Positions 35,725 through 45,574 of a stretch of DNA of 64,000 bases are shown here, one piece after another. The first letter of the stretch is position 1. Every line of letters starts with the position of its first letter. A program made the translations under genes and the position numbers. The DNA is taken from IMG/VR virus record IMGVR_UViG_3300045988_159685, one strand, 5' to 3'. Source of the DNA: a virus. Under the pieces are notes generated by a model. That model was given only the letters and a program-made list of their open reading frames with translations, did no database searches and was not told where the DNA came from.

Positions 35725-36194
35725 CACCGTCTGGACAAATAAAAAAATACAAACAGCAATTAATATCATTGTTTGTGAATAATGAAAAAATCGTAAAGCT
35801 TATCAATGAAAAAGATATATCTAATCCTGAAGATTTGATATACCACAATTTCTTTAATTTTATCCGAGTGCCAGAAACTATTGATGAGGAACGTAATTAT
35901 ATTTGCGTTAAAATAGATGTGCCCGAAGTCTATACTTCAAGTCTGTTTTTTAAGCAAATCATAATAACAATCTATGTTGTTTCACATCAAAAGCAAATGG
36001 TTACGGAATTTGGTGGGGCACGTCCTGACTTAATTGCGGAACAAATTGAAGAAATTCTAATTGATTATAAGGGTATCGGCAAGAAGAAGCTTGTAGAAAT
36101 TTCAAATGTAGAAAAAGATTTGGGCGATAGACACAGATGTCGTATCTTAAAATTCAAAGCCGAAGATATGTCAAAAAGTAGGTGTGCTATGTAA
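35721..36194 (+). CDS. hypothetical structural protein
   Basis: ATGA overlap at 35721, preceded by AAGGTGGTGG. Confidence 0.5.
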   Translation: MTPSGQIKKYKQQLISLFVNNEKIVKLINEKDISNPEDLIYHNFFNFIRVPETIDEERNYICVKIDVPEVYTSSLFFKQIIITIYVVSHQKQMVTEFGGARPDLIAEQIEEILIDYKGIGKKKLVEISNVEKDLGDRHRCRILKFKAEDMSKSRCAM

Positions 36195-36994
36195 TGGCAA
36201 ATCAAAGTCTGCTTGATCTTAAAACTTTTAAAATACGAGATTGGATTTCTATAAAAATTCCAACTCTCGGCGAGTATCGAAAATTGAAAAACATTTCTGA
36301 ACTCGTCAATATGTTTACGACAACTCCATCGGCACACATGATTGAACTTGATGATATTGGTATCGACTTCACTCAAATCAGTGATTACGAATTTTTCTTG
36401 AAATTGTTCGATACCGCATTTGTGAAGCCTCAAGTATTAATGACCTGCGATATGTCAGATGATGATAAAATTAACCTTTTATCAACACTGCAAATTATCG
36501 ACTCAAATGAACTTTTTGACTGTGTAGATTTTAATTCTTGTTACATAGACAATGAAAATGGCTTAAAAACTATCAAGGATATCGAGGGTAATCAAATTAT
36601 TGACGAATTTATTTATATGCAGATATCCAATGCTTTATGCGAAATATTCAACGTAAAAAAATATAAGCGTAAGCCGGGTAACAATACTGCAAAAGAATAT
36701 ATTCTTGAACGTGAACGTGAAAAAGCAGAAATAGCAAAACGCCGTAACAAACAGCTCCAAATGTCCGACGACATCTTAGACGGCGAAATTGTTGCATTGG
36801 TATGTCACCCAGGTTTCCCTTACGACTTTGATAGTATTAACAATATTTCTATTTACAACTTTTATGCCTGTGTTAAACAGGTTATAAAGAAAGACCAATA
36901 CGATAAGTTGGTCACTGGGGCTTATTCAGGTTTTGGTACAGTTAAACTTGATAAACTTCCAGAAGATAAATTAAATTGGTTATCGTGGAGATAG
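36194..36994 (+). CDS. hypothetical structural protein (266 aa)
   Basis: TAATG overlap with the upstream ORF. Confidence 0.5.
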   Translation: MANQSLLDLKTFKIRDWISIKIPTLGEYRKLKNISELVNMFTTTPSAHMIELDDIGIDFTQISDYEFFLKLFDTAFVKPQVLMTCDMSDDDKINLLSTLQIIDSNELFDCVDFNSCYIDNENGLKTIKDIEGNQIIDEFIYMQISNALCEIFNVKKYKRKPGNNTAKEYILEREREKAEIAKRRNKQLQMSDDILDGEIVALVCHPGFPYDFDSINNISIYNFYACVKQVIKKDQYDKLVTGAYSGFGTVKLDKLPEDKLNWLSWR

Positions 36995-37027
36995 GCTCAA
37001 CCGCAAGGTTTGAGTCTTTTTTATTTT
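36994..37027 (+). terminator. rho-independent terminator
   Basis: GGCTCAA-loop-TTGAGTC followed by TTTTTTATTTTT. Confidence 0.55.
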
Positions 37028-37042
37028 TAAGGAGGAAAAACT

Positions 37043-37855
37043 ATGGCTATTCAGATTAATGGTTTTACCATTACTTCCCTTGAGAAGATACATGGCTATG
37101 ACAGAGTATCTGGCGTTTGTGAGTTTCTGCTTGACGAGCTTAAGTCTGCTAAGATCGCAAATACTGAGGATACAACAGATATCACAGGTAAGGGTGATAG
37201 AGTTCTTAAGCAGATTAAGAAGAATAAGTCCACAACTGTAAGTGGTGAGTCTGCACTGATTTCAGGCGGTCTGCTTGCGGCTCAGACAGGTTCTTATGAA
37301 GAGGTTGGCGATGTTAATATTAGATTCCCTGATGTTATCAAGGTTGAAGACACAACTTCCTGTAAGACAAAGTTTACGGCTCTTGGCGCAGTCGGTGCGG
37401 AGATTATTGACCTCAGAGTTATGGCTCCAAACGGTGCGCTTCTGCCTATCCATTATACACAGTCAACTGGTGAGGCTGACGCTACACACTTTAAGTATGA
37501 AGCAGCTACAAAGACGCTCACACTTCCTACTGATACAACAAACATTTCAGTTGGAACTTCAATCGTAGTTTTCTATGATTTCAAGACAACAGGTTCTAGG
37601 GTTATCAATAAGTCCGACGTATTTGGTAAGACACTTTATGTTGCAGTAGATTGTCTTGCTACCGACGTTTGTGACAACGAGTACAAGTGTCAGTTCATCA
37701 TTCCAAGAGCACAGTTCTCTGGTACGTTTGATATTGACATGGGCGGTGACCAGACAATTCAGGCTTTTGAGGCCACAACACTTGTTGATACTTGCCAGGG
37801 TACTGCAAACGGCGAACTCTTTGAGTTCATTGTATATCAGGATCCAGAGGATTAA
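37043..37855 (+). CDS. putative major tail (tube) protein
   Basis: Strong RBS AAGGAGG. High-expression codon usage similar to the capsid gene. Located upstream of the tape-measure gene. Confidence 0.5.
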   Translation: MAIQINGFTITSLEKIHGYDRVSGVCEFLLDELKSAKIANTEDTTDITGKGDRVLKQIKKNKSTTVSGESALISGGLLAAQTGSYEEVGDVNIRFPDVIKVEDTTSCKTKFTALGAVGAEIIDLRVMAPNGALLPIHYTQSTGEADATHFKYEAATKTLTLPTDTTNISVGTSIVVFYDFKTTGSRVINKSDVFGKTLYVAVDCLATDVCDNEYKCQFIIPRAQFSGTFDIDMGGDQTIQAFEATTLVDTCQGTANGELFEFIVYQDPED

Positions 37856-37872
37856 GGTAAGGTGTAGAGCAA

Positions 37873-38199
37873 TTGCCTAAGACCAAATACCTTAATGAAT
37901 GTAGGTTGTGTGGAACGCACTACCCTGCCTGTAGCTATTGCGATAGCACCAAAGAATCAAATAGTTGGCGCAAGGTCGCTTGTTGCTGGGGACATTATCT
38001 TGCGCTTCAACCGATGATTAAATACGACCAAAAGTCGTTATCAAAAGAAGAGGCGAAAGAGGAAATAAACAGTGTTATTAACCTTTATGGTAAATTTGAA
38101 GTATCAAGCACCATGAAGAAATTGTATGACGACATCATGTGTGATGAAGCAAAGCCTGCAATAAAGAAAAAGCAGAAAATAATAAATGCAAATAAATAA
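37873..38199 (+). CDS. Cys-rich small protein (TTG start), paralog of 38250-38624
   Basis: CRLCG..ACSYCDSTKESNSWRKVACCWGHY. RBS AAGGTG 8 nt upstream of the TTG. Confidence 0.45.
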   Translation: MPKTKYLNECRLCGTHYPACSYCDSTKESNSWRKVACCWGHYLALQPMIKYDQKSLSKEEAKEEINSVINLYGKFEVSSTMKKLYDDIMCDEAKPAIKKKQKIINANK

Positions 38200-38205
38200 C
38201 GTATC

Positions 38206-38237
38206 GGGCTTGTAACAAGCAAGCCCTTTACTTTATT
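38206..38237 (+). terminator. terminator-like hairpin
   Basis: GGGCTTG-TAACAAG-CAAGCCC followed by TTTACTTTATT. Confidence 0.45.
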
Positions 38238-38249
38238 GAGGATAAAAGG

Positions 38250-38624
38250 ATGAAAGCTAATCATATTTGCAAATATAGCAAATGTAATTTGGGCAACAAT
38301 GGACAACCAAAACAATATTATGCCTGTGACTATTGCGATCGAATTAATTCTTGGAAATCCATAGCGTGTTGTAAAGAACACTTTGATTTATATATAGAGG
38401 AAGAACTCGAGCGTAAATCTATGCTGAATAAAATCAATATGTTGCCAAAGCGTATCGACATGAGTGATGACGAAATAAAGGAGCTTTATAATATTCCAGC
38501 CGACGTTGTACTTGAAAAGACCAACCAAGAACTTCAATATTATAAAGACAAATATGGCATTGACAATATTAACGAGGTTGTTGACAAAATAAACGACGAA
38601 TTAAATAAGGAGGGTAGGTTATAA
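38250..38624 (+). CDS. Cys-rich small protein, paralog of 37873-38199
   Basis: CKYSKC..ACDYCDRINSWKSIACCKEHF. Shares the AC.YCD..(N)SW(R/K)..ACC..H block. Confidence 0.55.
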   Translation: MKANHICKYSKCNLGNNGQPKQYYACDYCDRINSWKSIACCKEHFDLYIEEELERKSMLNKINMLPKRIDMSDDEIKELYNIPADVVLEKTNQELQYYKDKYGIDNINEVVDKINDELNKEGRL

Positions 38625-38646
38625 AAAATAGCCTACCTATTTTTTT
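38612..38646 (+). terminator. terminator-like hairpin overlapping the stop codon
   Basis: GGTAGG..CCTACC followed by TATTTTTTT. Confidence 0.45.
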
Positions 38647-38691
38647 CAATACGAAATTATATTTTCTATGTTTGTAATGTGAGGTGAAATT

Positions 38692-39327
38692 ATGCCAAGA
38701 TTAAAAAGCTTATCAAAAGAACAAGCAAAACAAATTGCTAATATCAACAAAGCAATAGCCGAAAAGGTTGGGGCCGCTTTGTCGAAAACAATGCAGGGCG
38801 AATTTCAAGAAAAGGCTAAAAAAATCATGCACGATAAAGTCGTTGAAGATGTGTACTCGTACACCCCAGTAGTATATAAACGCCGTGGTACAAATGGTGG
38901 TATGGCCGACGAAGATAATATTCAGGTGCTTTCCAACGAAGTTACAGTAGCACCACGCAAGAGTAGTAACAGAATATGGGCTGAAGATGCAAAAGGAACT
39001 GAGACCAGAGTTTATGGTAAAAATGGCTACTTTGTCAAACAACGAGGCAACTATATAAATATGGATTACAGAATTTCGGGTAACTTTTCTTTTGCAAATA
39101 TCACTCCGCCAAATGATAGTGTATTCGGAACTCCCATTGATTATAGTTCTGATCCAACAATTTTATCGGCTTGGATTGACCAAAATGCTGTTCCAGATCT
39201 AAATGATATGTCTCGAAAATTTAATGGACATCCAAAGCATTTTATAAAAGATACTTACGATGAATTTTATGTTAGCGGGCTTGCCAAAGATATTATAATA
39301 AAAGGCTTAAAAAAAGAGTTTAAATAA
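38692..39327 (+). CDS. hypothetical tail-module protein (211 aa)
   Basis: RBS GAGGTGA. Located immediately upstream of the tape-measure gene. Confidence 0.5.
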   Translation: MPRLKSLSKEQAKQIANINKAIAEKVGAALSKTMQGEFQEKAKKIMHDKVVEDVYSYTPVVYKRRGTNGGMADEDNIQVLSNEVTVAPRKSSNRIWAEDAKGTETRVYGKNGYFVKQRGNYINMDYRISGNFSFANITPPNDSVFGTPIDYSSDPTILSAWIDQNAVPDLNDMSRKFNGHPKHFIKDTYDEFYVSGLAKDIIIKGLKKEFK

Positions 39328-39343
39328 GGACGGTGAATGAATA

Positions 39344-42300
39344 ATGGCAGGATATATAGGCGACGTAAATATTAGGGTCAATGCCGACCTTAATACTAAG
39401 GATATGGAAAGGGTCTTGAAAGATTTCACCCCTACCATTGAAATAGAGCCCAAGGCAGATAAGTTAAAGAAATCACTTGAAAATGAATTAACCAAAGCTT
39501 TTGCAAAAGTTAAAGACCTAAAAGACGAATTTGATAATTCTACTTTTAAAGCAGACAAAACCAATTACAACTTTTCGCAGTTCTTTGATACCTTTAATAG
39601 CAGTCAAATTTATGGTAAGGGTAACAAAGATAAAATACAGAACAGGCTTAACTACTATATAAAGAAAGCAAATGAAATGCACGATGTTGCTCAAAGGCTT
39701 TCTAATAGCAAACTCGAGTTTGACACCTCTTTATCGTCACTTGGTTTAAGTTATAGTGACATTGGGCTATCTGAAGATCAACAGCAGTGGTTAAAATCCG
39801 TTGAAAAATCTTACGAGACTGCGGCACAAAAAGCGCATAAAGTAATAAATGGAGTTATATCTCGATATAACAAAGAACATCCTGATGATAGCTTGCAGAT
39901 AAATCCATTAAATGCGAACTTCGGCGATGTATCAAAACTATATACAACAAGTTTACAAACGTCTATAAAAACAGCATTTAAAAGAATTAATGCTACGGGA
40001 TTAGATCCAAGTAAACTTAGTACAAAAGATATAGACTTACAAACCAAGAGACTATCTGATGTTATTCCGCTAATGCAGACACTTAACAAATTCTCCAAAA
40101 AAGATATGGTTAAGTATAGATTTGATGGGGATACAGATAAAAGTGTTGTTACCATTGCCCGTGTAAAAGAACTATTAAAAGACTTTGAGTATTATTGGAA
40201 AGAAGCAACGGTTTCTCAAAAAGAGCAAGTCAAAGATAAACAGTTAAGCAAATCTGAAGAAAAAGAAGTTTCTAATGAGGTTTATGTTGAACAGCTTGAA
40301 AAGCGTGTATCTGAATTAAAGCAGGAAAACTTAAAGCTTGAAAATGACAAAAAGAGGTTTGCGGCAAAAAAAGAAGATACTGGTGGCAAATCATCTGATG
40401 ATAATAAAAGCCTCAAATTAGAAAATGAAAAATTAAAAAAAGAAAATTCTGAATTGTCTGAGTTTATGGCTAACATACAAGATAAACAACAAGACCCAGG
40501 TGATGATTCTGGCAACGGCAGTCCCTCAGAGGGTGGCGAAGTTAGCGAGGGAGGCGTATCACTTTCAAGGTTTGAGGCAATCAAAGGGCTGCTCAAATCC
40601 CGTGACATTTCTTTAAACAACAAAAAGAAACAAGTTGAAGTTTTAAACAAGAAAATTAAAGAGCTTGAAAAAAAAGCCAAGTCTAGCGGCAAAGCTACGC
40701 TAAAAGATAGCGACGGCAACACTGGTATATCTGGAGTTGATGGCGAAAATTCTGGCGATAAAACAGACGAGGAAAGCACAAAACTAAAAGCCAATCTCGA
40801 GGCTCTTAAGAGACAATATGAAAAGTCAAAATCAGATTATGAGAACAACAAAAAGCTTTCCGAAGAGCTTAAAGGCTTAATTGATAAAGCCGAACAATCA
40901 CAACAAGGTGGCTCGGGCAATATCTCAAAAGAAGCCTTAGAACAGTTCAAGACTGAGATTGAAAAAGTATGTTCTTCAATTAAAATAGGCGAATTCGATT
41001 ACGCTGAAGCTTTAGAAAAACTTAGGCAAGCATTAAAAAATGAAGCAGTAGATATTAATGTCGGCAACTTGAAAACTGCAAGTAAACCAACAGCCGATTC
41101 TGCTTCAAGCCCGCAAAAGAGAGTTACAAGAAAACCGTCGGCTAAAAGCGATAAATCAGATAATACCACTGAGGATGACCAATATTGGAAAGAAAAGTTT
41201 AAAGCCAATATTGAAGAACGCACAAGTGAACAATCTCCACAGGAACTGAAAGACTACTTCAAGGCCGTGTCTCAAATATCACAAGAAATTGATAAGTCGA
41301 TGAAGTCAATCAATAGCACAGCTGATAGCTTGATAAAAAAATCTGGTACAAAATCACAGCAATCACAAAGTAAGAACTTGGGTTTATCTAGTGAATATTC
41401 GGCAATACAATCTCAGGCGGCTAGCATTCAAGAGCAGATTGAAAGTATAAAGCAAGAACTGTTAAATCCTGATGCTGACACTAACTCAATAACATTCTTC
41501 AAAAATATAGACGAACAAGTTAAAGAGCTTTATGCAGACTTAGAAGTTATTCAAGATCAATATAATGATACTACTAAGAAATTCGACGAATTAAATAATG
41601 CTTATAAAACCGATACAGCGGCACAACGAATTAAGAAGAAAGCTTCTACGTTATTGAATCAATATGTATCGTTTAAAGATATAAATAGTAACGCCTTCAA
41701 ACAGAATGATGCTTTGTCAGCACAATGGGACGAATGGTATAACAAGCTTAAAAATCCAGATTTGCTTGATGCGAAAGAAATTGATAAAGCCGATGCAAAG
41801 CTCAAGGAAATGCGTGCTACCGTAAAAGATCTAGGAATTGGTGGTAAAACAGCTGGCGAATTGATTTCTAATATGTTCAAAAAGTACGGCGGCTGGGCAA
41901 TCGTTACTAGGTCAATGGTATATGTAAAATCTGTACTGAGAGATATATACCAAGCAACCAAAGATGTAGATACCTCAATGGTCAATCTTAAAAAGGTTAG
42001 TAACGAAACGGCGGCATCATATGATGCGTTTCTAACAAATGCGGCAAAAAAGTCAAAAGAACTTGGTGTTTCAATAAGTGACTTGGTGGATTCGACTTCT
42101 GAGTTCTCAAGACTCGGCTATAACCTCAAAGACGCAACCAAGCTCGGCGAACTTGCAACAATGTATTCCAATGTTGCCGAAGATTTAAGTGTAACCGACG
42201 CCGCCTCTTCAATCATTTCGACAATGAAGGCGTATGATATTGCCGCAGACGATGCACAAGAAATCGTAGATAAGTTTAACTATGTAGGCAACAACTTTGC

Positions 42301-43084
42301 CATTTCTTCCACTGGACTTGGTGACAGCTTACAACGTTCTGCTTCTGCTTTGGTTGCCGCAGGAAACAGCCTTGACGAAACCATCGCACTTACAACGGCG
42401 GGCAATGCTATTGTTCAAGACCCTGAAAAAATGGGCACTGTTCTTAAGACGGCTTCGGCTAGATTAAGAGGAGCAACAGCCGAACTTGAGGAAATGGGCG
42501 AAGAAACAGACGATGTAGCAAACGGCACAGCAAAGCTACGTCAGGAGATACTTGCTCTTTCTGGCGTTGACATCATGAAGAATGATAATACCTTTAAAGG
42601 CACATATCAAATTCTTGACGAGATATCGAAAGTATATGGCAGCCTTTCAGACGTAAATCAGGCGGCACTGCTTGAACAAATTGGTGGCAAAAACGGCATT
42701 AACGTAATCGCCGCAGTATTATCCAATTTTGACGAAGCAAGAGAAGTCATGAGTACCATTGGTGGTTCCAAGGGTTCGGCTTCTGAAGAAATGGAAAAAT
42801 CACTTGACTCTATAACAGGTAAGCTTGGAAAACTTAGTGCTATATTCCAAGATATATCCACAAAGGCGTTAGAGTCAGACACAGTTAAATCGTTCTTAGA
42901 TATTCTTATCGGTATAGGTAATGCAATATCTAAGCTTATACCTAGCCTTAATACTGTGCTTAAAATTGGCGGAGCAATTGGTGCGGGAGCATTAGGTGCA
43001 AAAGGTATTAATATAGGTGCGGGTGAACCCATAAAACACAGGGTTCCACTGAGTATGCCCGCAAGCATAATGGTAATACCATAA
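39344..43084 (+). CDS. tail tape measure protein, part 1 (coiled-coil + TP901-type core + hydrophobic Gly/Ala tail)
   Basis: 1246 aa with very long K/E-rich coiled coil. The core region KKVSNETAASYDAF..SEFSRLGYNLKDAT..MYSNVAEDL..SSTGLGDSLQRSASALVAAGNS..TTAGNAIVQDPEKMGTVLKTASARLRG is typical of TP901-family TMPs. Confidence 0.8.
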   Translation: MAGYIGDVNIRVNADLNTKDMERVLKDFTPTIEIEPKADKLKKSLENELTKAFAKVKDLKDEFDNSTFKADKTNYNFSQFFDTFNSSQIYGKGNKDKIQNRLNYYIKKANEMHDVAQRLSNSKLEFDTSLSSLGLSYSDIGLSEDQQQWLKSVEKSYETAAQKAHKVINGVISRYNKEHPDDSLQINPLNANFGDVSKLYTTSLQTSIKTAFKRINATGLDPSKLSTKDIDLQTKRLSDVIPLMQTLNKFSKKDMVKYRFDGDTDKSVVTIARVKELLKDFEYYWKEATVSQKEQVKDKQLSKSEEKEVSNEVYVEQLEKRVSELKQENLKLENDKKRFAAKKEDTGGKSSDDNKSLKLENEKLKKENSELSEFMANIQDKQQDPGDDSGNGSPSEGGEVSEGGVSLSRFEAIKGLLKSRDISLNNKKKQVEVLNKKIKELEKKAKSSGKATLKDSDGNTGISGVDGENSGDKTDEESTKLKANLEALKRQYEKSKSDYENNKKLSEELKGLIDKAEQSQQGGSGNISKEALEQFKTEIEKVCSSIKIGEFDYAEALEKLRQALKNEAVDINVGNLKTASKPTADSASSPQKRVTRKPSAKSDKSDNTTEDDQYWKEKFKANIEERTSEQSPQELKDYFKAVSQISQEIDKSMKSINSTADSLIKKSGTKSQQSQSKNLGLSSEYSAIQSQAASIQEQIESIKQELLNPDADTNSITFFKNIDEQVKELYADLEVIQDQYNDTTKKFDELNNAYKTDTAAQRIKKKASTLLNQYVSFKDINSNAFKQNDALSAQWDEWYNKLKNPDLLDAKEIDKADAKLKEMRATVKDLGIGGKTAGELISNMFKKYGGWAIVTRSMVYVKSVLRDIYQATKDVDTSMVNLKKVSNETAASYDAFLTNAAKKSKELGVSISDLVDSTSEFSRLGYNLKDATKLGELATMYSNVAEDLSVTDAASSIISTMKAYDIAADDAQEIVDKFNYVGNNFAISSTGLGDSLQRSASALVAAGNSLDETIALTTAGNAIVQDPEKMGTVLKTASARLRGATAELEEMGEETDDVANGTAKLRQEILALSGVDIMKNDNTFKGTYQILDEISKVYGSLSDVNQAALLEQIGGKNGINVIAAVLSNFDEAREVMSTIGGSKGSASEEMEKSLDSITGKLGKLSAIFQDISTKALESDTVKSFLDILIGIGNAISKLIPSLNTVLKIGGAIGAGALGAKGINIGAGEPIKHRVPLSMPASIMVIP

Positions 43085-43380
43085 TCGAGGTATTATTATT
43101 ATGACAGGCAAAAAAGTATAAATTGACTACTTAGTAGTAACGGGTTTGATAATTCCCGTTCGGGGATGGTAATATTCAATTCTATCACACTTTTTTGAAT
43201 ATGAGAGTATCCGCATCCAAACCGATCGGCGTAAGTTTGTCGCATAATACATAATCGGCTTAACGATCGGCAGGTTCAGAGACTATAATTGCTTATTGGT
43301 GTTCTGCGATAGTGAACACTGGTTATTGGATAGTCCACGGTGTAGTTGTCGGATAGACGGCAATAAAAATTATAAAACTG

Positions 43381-43409
43381 TTGACTTCTGTAATATTATG
43401 TGATATAAT
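43381..43409 (+). promoter_or_regulatory. consensus sigma70-type promoter of the plus-strand moron unit
   Basis: TTGACT, 17-nt spacer, TATAAT, with upstream TGTGA. Confidence 0.65.
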
Positions 43410-43439
43410 GGAATAAAAATATTATAGGAGTTGTTAATT

Positions 43440-43625
43440 ATGTCTAAAGAAAATAACAAAGAAAATCAAAATAAGAATATCAACGAGAGCGTTTCACATG
43501 AACCAATAGTGGAAATCAATGTTAGAAGGAATTATTCGTATGTTCCAATCGACAGCGATATTAGCGAAAGACCACCTATTCCTACTGTTGATATTGATAA
43601 GAATAAAAAGGAGAATGACGGTTGA
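43440..43625 (+). CDS. small acidic/Asn-rich protein (61 aa)
   Basis: ATG 43440 follows TAGGAG. The stop overlaps the TTG start of the next ORF (TTGA). Confidence 0.45.
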   Translation: MSKENNKENQNKNINESVSHEPIVEINVRRNYSYVPIDSDISERPPIPTVDIDKNKKENDG

Positions 43626-44287
43626 CCGAAATTATTTCATACTTACCAAATATAATTATTTATCTAGTCTTGGGCTTTGTTTTTATTAAAGTCTTTAGAT
43701 TTGTTTATATAGAAGAAAGCCCAAATGATAGTCAACATATACTTACCGAATCTCTCATATATGGTTTTATTCTCCAAAATATCTACTCGGCTTTTCCAAT
43801 TAGTATTAACACTTATATTGACATAATAGGAATGGTTTTGTCTACAGTAATAATAGCATATTTTCTTGCTAAATTTATATATAGTAAACTATTTAGCAAA
43901 ATACTTGCTAAATTAAAAATACAACAAACGCCGATTAAAGATTTTTGGATTGATATAACACATTCAAAAGAGCGAACATATATAACCGTTTATGATAAAG
44001 AGTTCGATCGAGTTATAAATGGAAGATTTGCTAGAGCTGAAACATTTAATAAAAGACCACTCATACAGCTATCGGAATATATTATAAAAAATACACGGGG
44101 CGATATAATATTCGATATGTCTCTTAACACTGCCGACACTATTGTTATTGATACGTCTAAATACCCCGAAATCATGTTATCACATCCACAACCAAAAGAT
44201 AAAAAGAAATCTGAAGAATCACAGTCTAAACACAACCCAATAAAGTCAATATTAAACAAAATAAAAACTAAATTTCATCATGACTGA
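43622..44287 (+). CDS. membrane protein (3 N-terminal TM segments + ~120-aa soluble C-domain), function unknown
   Basis: TTG start coupled to the upstream stop. Hydrophobic segments IIIYLVLGFVFIKVF, LIYGFILQNIYSAF and IIGMVLSTVIIAYFLA. Confidence 0.55.
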   Translation: MTEIISYLPNIIIYLVLGFVFIKVFRFVYIEESPNDSQHILTESLIYGFILQNIYSAFPISINTYIDIIGMVLSTVIIAYFLAKFIYSKLFSKILAKLKIQQTPIKDFWIDITHSKERTYITVYDKEFDRVINGRFARAETFNKRPLIQLSEYIIKNTRGDIIFDMSLNTADTIVIDTSKYPEIMLSHPQPKDKKKSEESQSKHNPIKSILNKIKTKFHHD

Positions 44288-44315
44288 AAAAGCTCCGAGT
44301 TTCCTCGGAGCTTTT
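44287..44315. terminator. bidirectional rho-independent terminator between convergent moron units
   Basis: AAAAA-AGCTCCGAG-TTTC-CTCGGAGCT-TTTT. 9-bp perfect stem with A-run and T-run flanks. Confidence 0.75.
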
Positions 44316-44316
44316 G

Positions 44317-44922
44317 TTATAGAAAGAGTTTTATTTTCCAAATGGATATATCGTTTAATCGTTTATATCCGTCGTCTTTTAATTGCTTGTTAAGGGCAAG
44401 CTTTACATATGGCATATCTTCGGATTCGCATATATGTGATGCAATCGTATAATCAATATCTTTATCTACGGCTTCGTCATTGTATGAGCAATCAAATTCT
44501 GCTATATTAATTTGATGCTTTAACAAATCACAATGAGACAGTTTGTCCAAAGTGCCGTAATAACTACATCTTATATTGGGGTCGATCTCCTCTTCGTCAA
44601 TGTCCTTACTATTAAGCGTTCGGGCATTTACCGTAAGATACTTTCCAACTCGCAGGTTGATATCAACATTGATACGCTTTTCTCCATCGTCGAATGTAAT
44701 ATCTTTTCTAAATGCACTAACATTTGAAATGTCCACTTCTTTGTCGAGGTCTTTTTCAATCTTCTGAATAAGAAGTAATACAAATCGTTCATCATCACTT
44801 AGAATTACCTTCTTAAGTTGAGGCTTAAAAAATACTAACGAAGTAATCGAAGCTATGATAAGACAAAATATTATAATGAGCACAATAAACAATTTTTTAT
44901 GTTTTAAAAACAATCTTTTCAT
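44317..44922 (-). CDS. signal-anchored (N-terminal TM) protein, paralog of 44943-45512
   Basis: ATG 44922 follows AGGTGAGG. N-terminus MKRLFLKHKKLFIVLIIIFCLIIASITSLVFF. C-terminus DISIWKIKLFL. Confidence 0.6.
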   Translation of the reverse strand: MKRLFLKHKKLFIVLIIIFCLIIASITSLVFFKPQLKKVILSDDERFVLLLIQKIEKDLDKEVDISNVSAFRKDITFDDGEKRINVDINLRVGKYLTVNARTLNSKDIDEEEIDPNIRCSYYGTLDKLSHCDLLKHQINIAEFDCSYNDEAVDKDIDYTIASHICESEDMPYVKLALNKQLKDDGYKRLNDISIWKIKLFL

Positions 44923-44942
44923 TTTTACCTCACCTATCAGCA

Positions 44943-45512
44943 TCAGGAAAATAACTTAATTTTCCAAAGGGAGAAATCTGTTATTTCCTCGCAATCATCA
45001 TCAAGACGACGTTTGACACCACTTTTTACATGTTCATCAATATTGTCAACTTGGGCATAGCCGACTTCATCACCATTTATATCTTTCTTATTTGGTAAAT
45101 CGTACTGCTCTATGATATCTTGAGAACCCCAATAAAAATGACCAACATAAAGAGAAAAACTACCATTATAAATATCTTCTATGGCCTGTGATTCAGAAAT
45201 ACTTACATGTCGTATGAAAGAAATTTCTAATCCGTCATCTGTAATGATATACAAATATGTTCGAGAGTTCAACCAGTCATCATTTGATTTTTCTGATTTT
45301 GTTTCAAGACATTTAATATCTTGAATAGATATATCTTTATCAGTTTCTTCCTTAACTGTGGCTACACAGTTGATTATAAACTTTTCATTATCATTCAAGA
45401 TATAACTTGCTATTTGTTTTTTAAACACCATAAAAGTAATAATCAGTAAAATTATTAGACCTACTATTAATAACAAAACAACTTTTATCTTTCGTAACTT
45501 TGCGTTCTTCAT
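44943..45512 (-). CDS. signal-anchored (N-terminal TM) protein, paralog of 44317-44922
   Basis: N-terminus MKNAKLRKIKVVLLLIVGLIILLIITFMVF. C-terminus DFSLWKIKLFS. Confidence 0.6.
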   Translation of the reverse strand: MKNAKLRKIKVVLLLIVGLIILLIITFMVFKKQIASYILNDNEKFIINCVATVKEETDKDISIQDIKCLETKSEKSNDDWLNSRTYLYIITDDGLEISFIRHVSISESQAIEDIYNGSFSLYVGHFYWGSQDIIEQYDLPNKKDINGDEVGYAQVDNIDEHVKSGVKRRLDDDCEEITDFSLWKIKLFS

Positions 45513-45545
45513 AAGTATTGCCCCTATCTGTTTTTTTATATTAAG

Positions 45546-45574
45546 ATTATATCACAGATTTTACCACTTGTCAA
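45546..45574 (-). promoter_or_regulatory. consensus sigma70-type promoter of the minus-strand moron unit
   Basis: The minus strand reads TTGACA, 17-nt spacer, TATAAT, with the same TGTGATATAAT as the 43381 promoter. Confidence 0.7.

Noticed and set aside
40282-43068. Long antisense ORFs inside the tape-measure gene (40282-40794, 41659-41985, 42658-43068 and similar ORFs in 45654-49232)
   Set aside because: Their Ser/Leu/Phe-rich products are the mirror image of K/E-rich coiled-coil codons. They are an expected artefact of biased composition.
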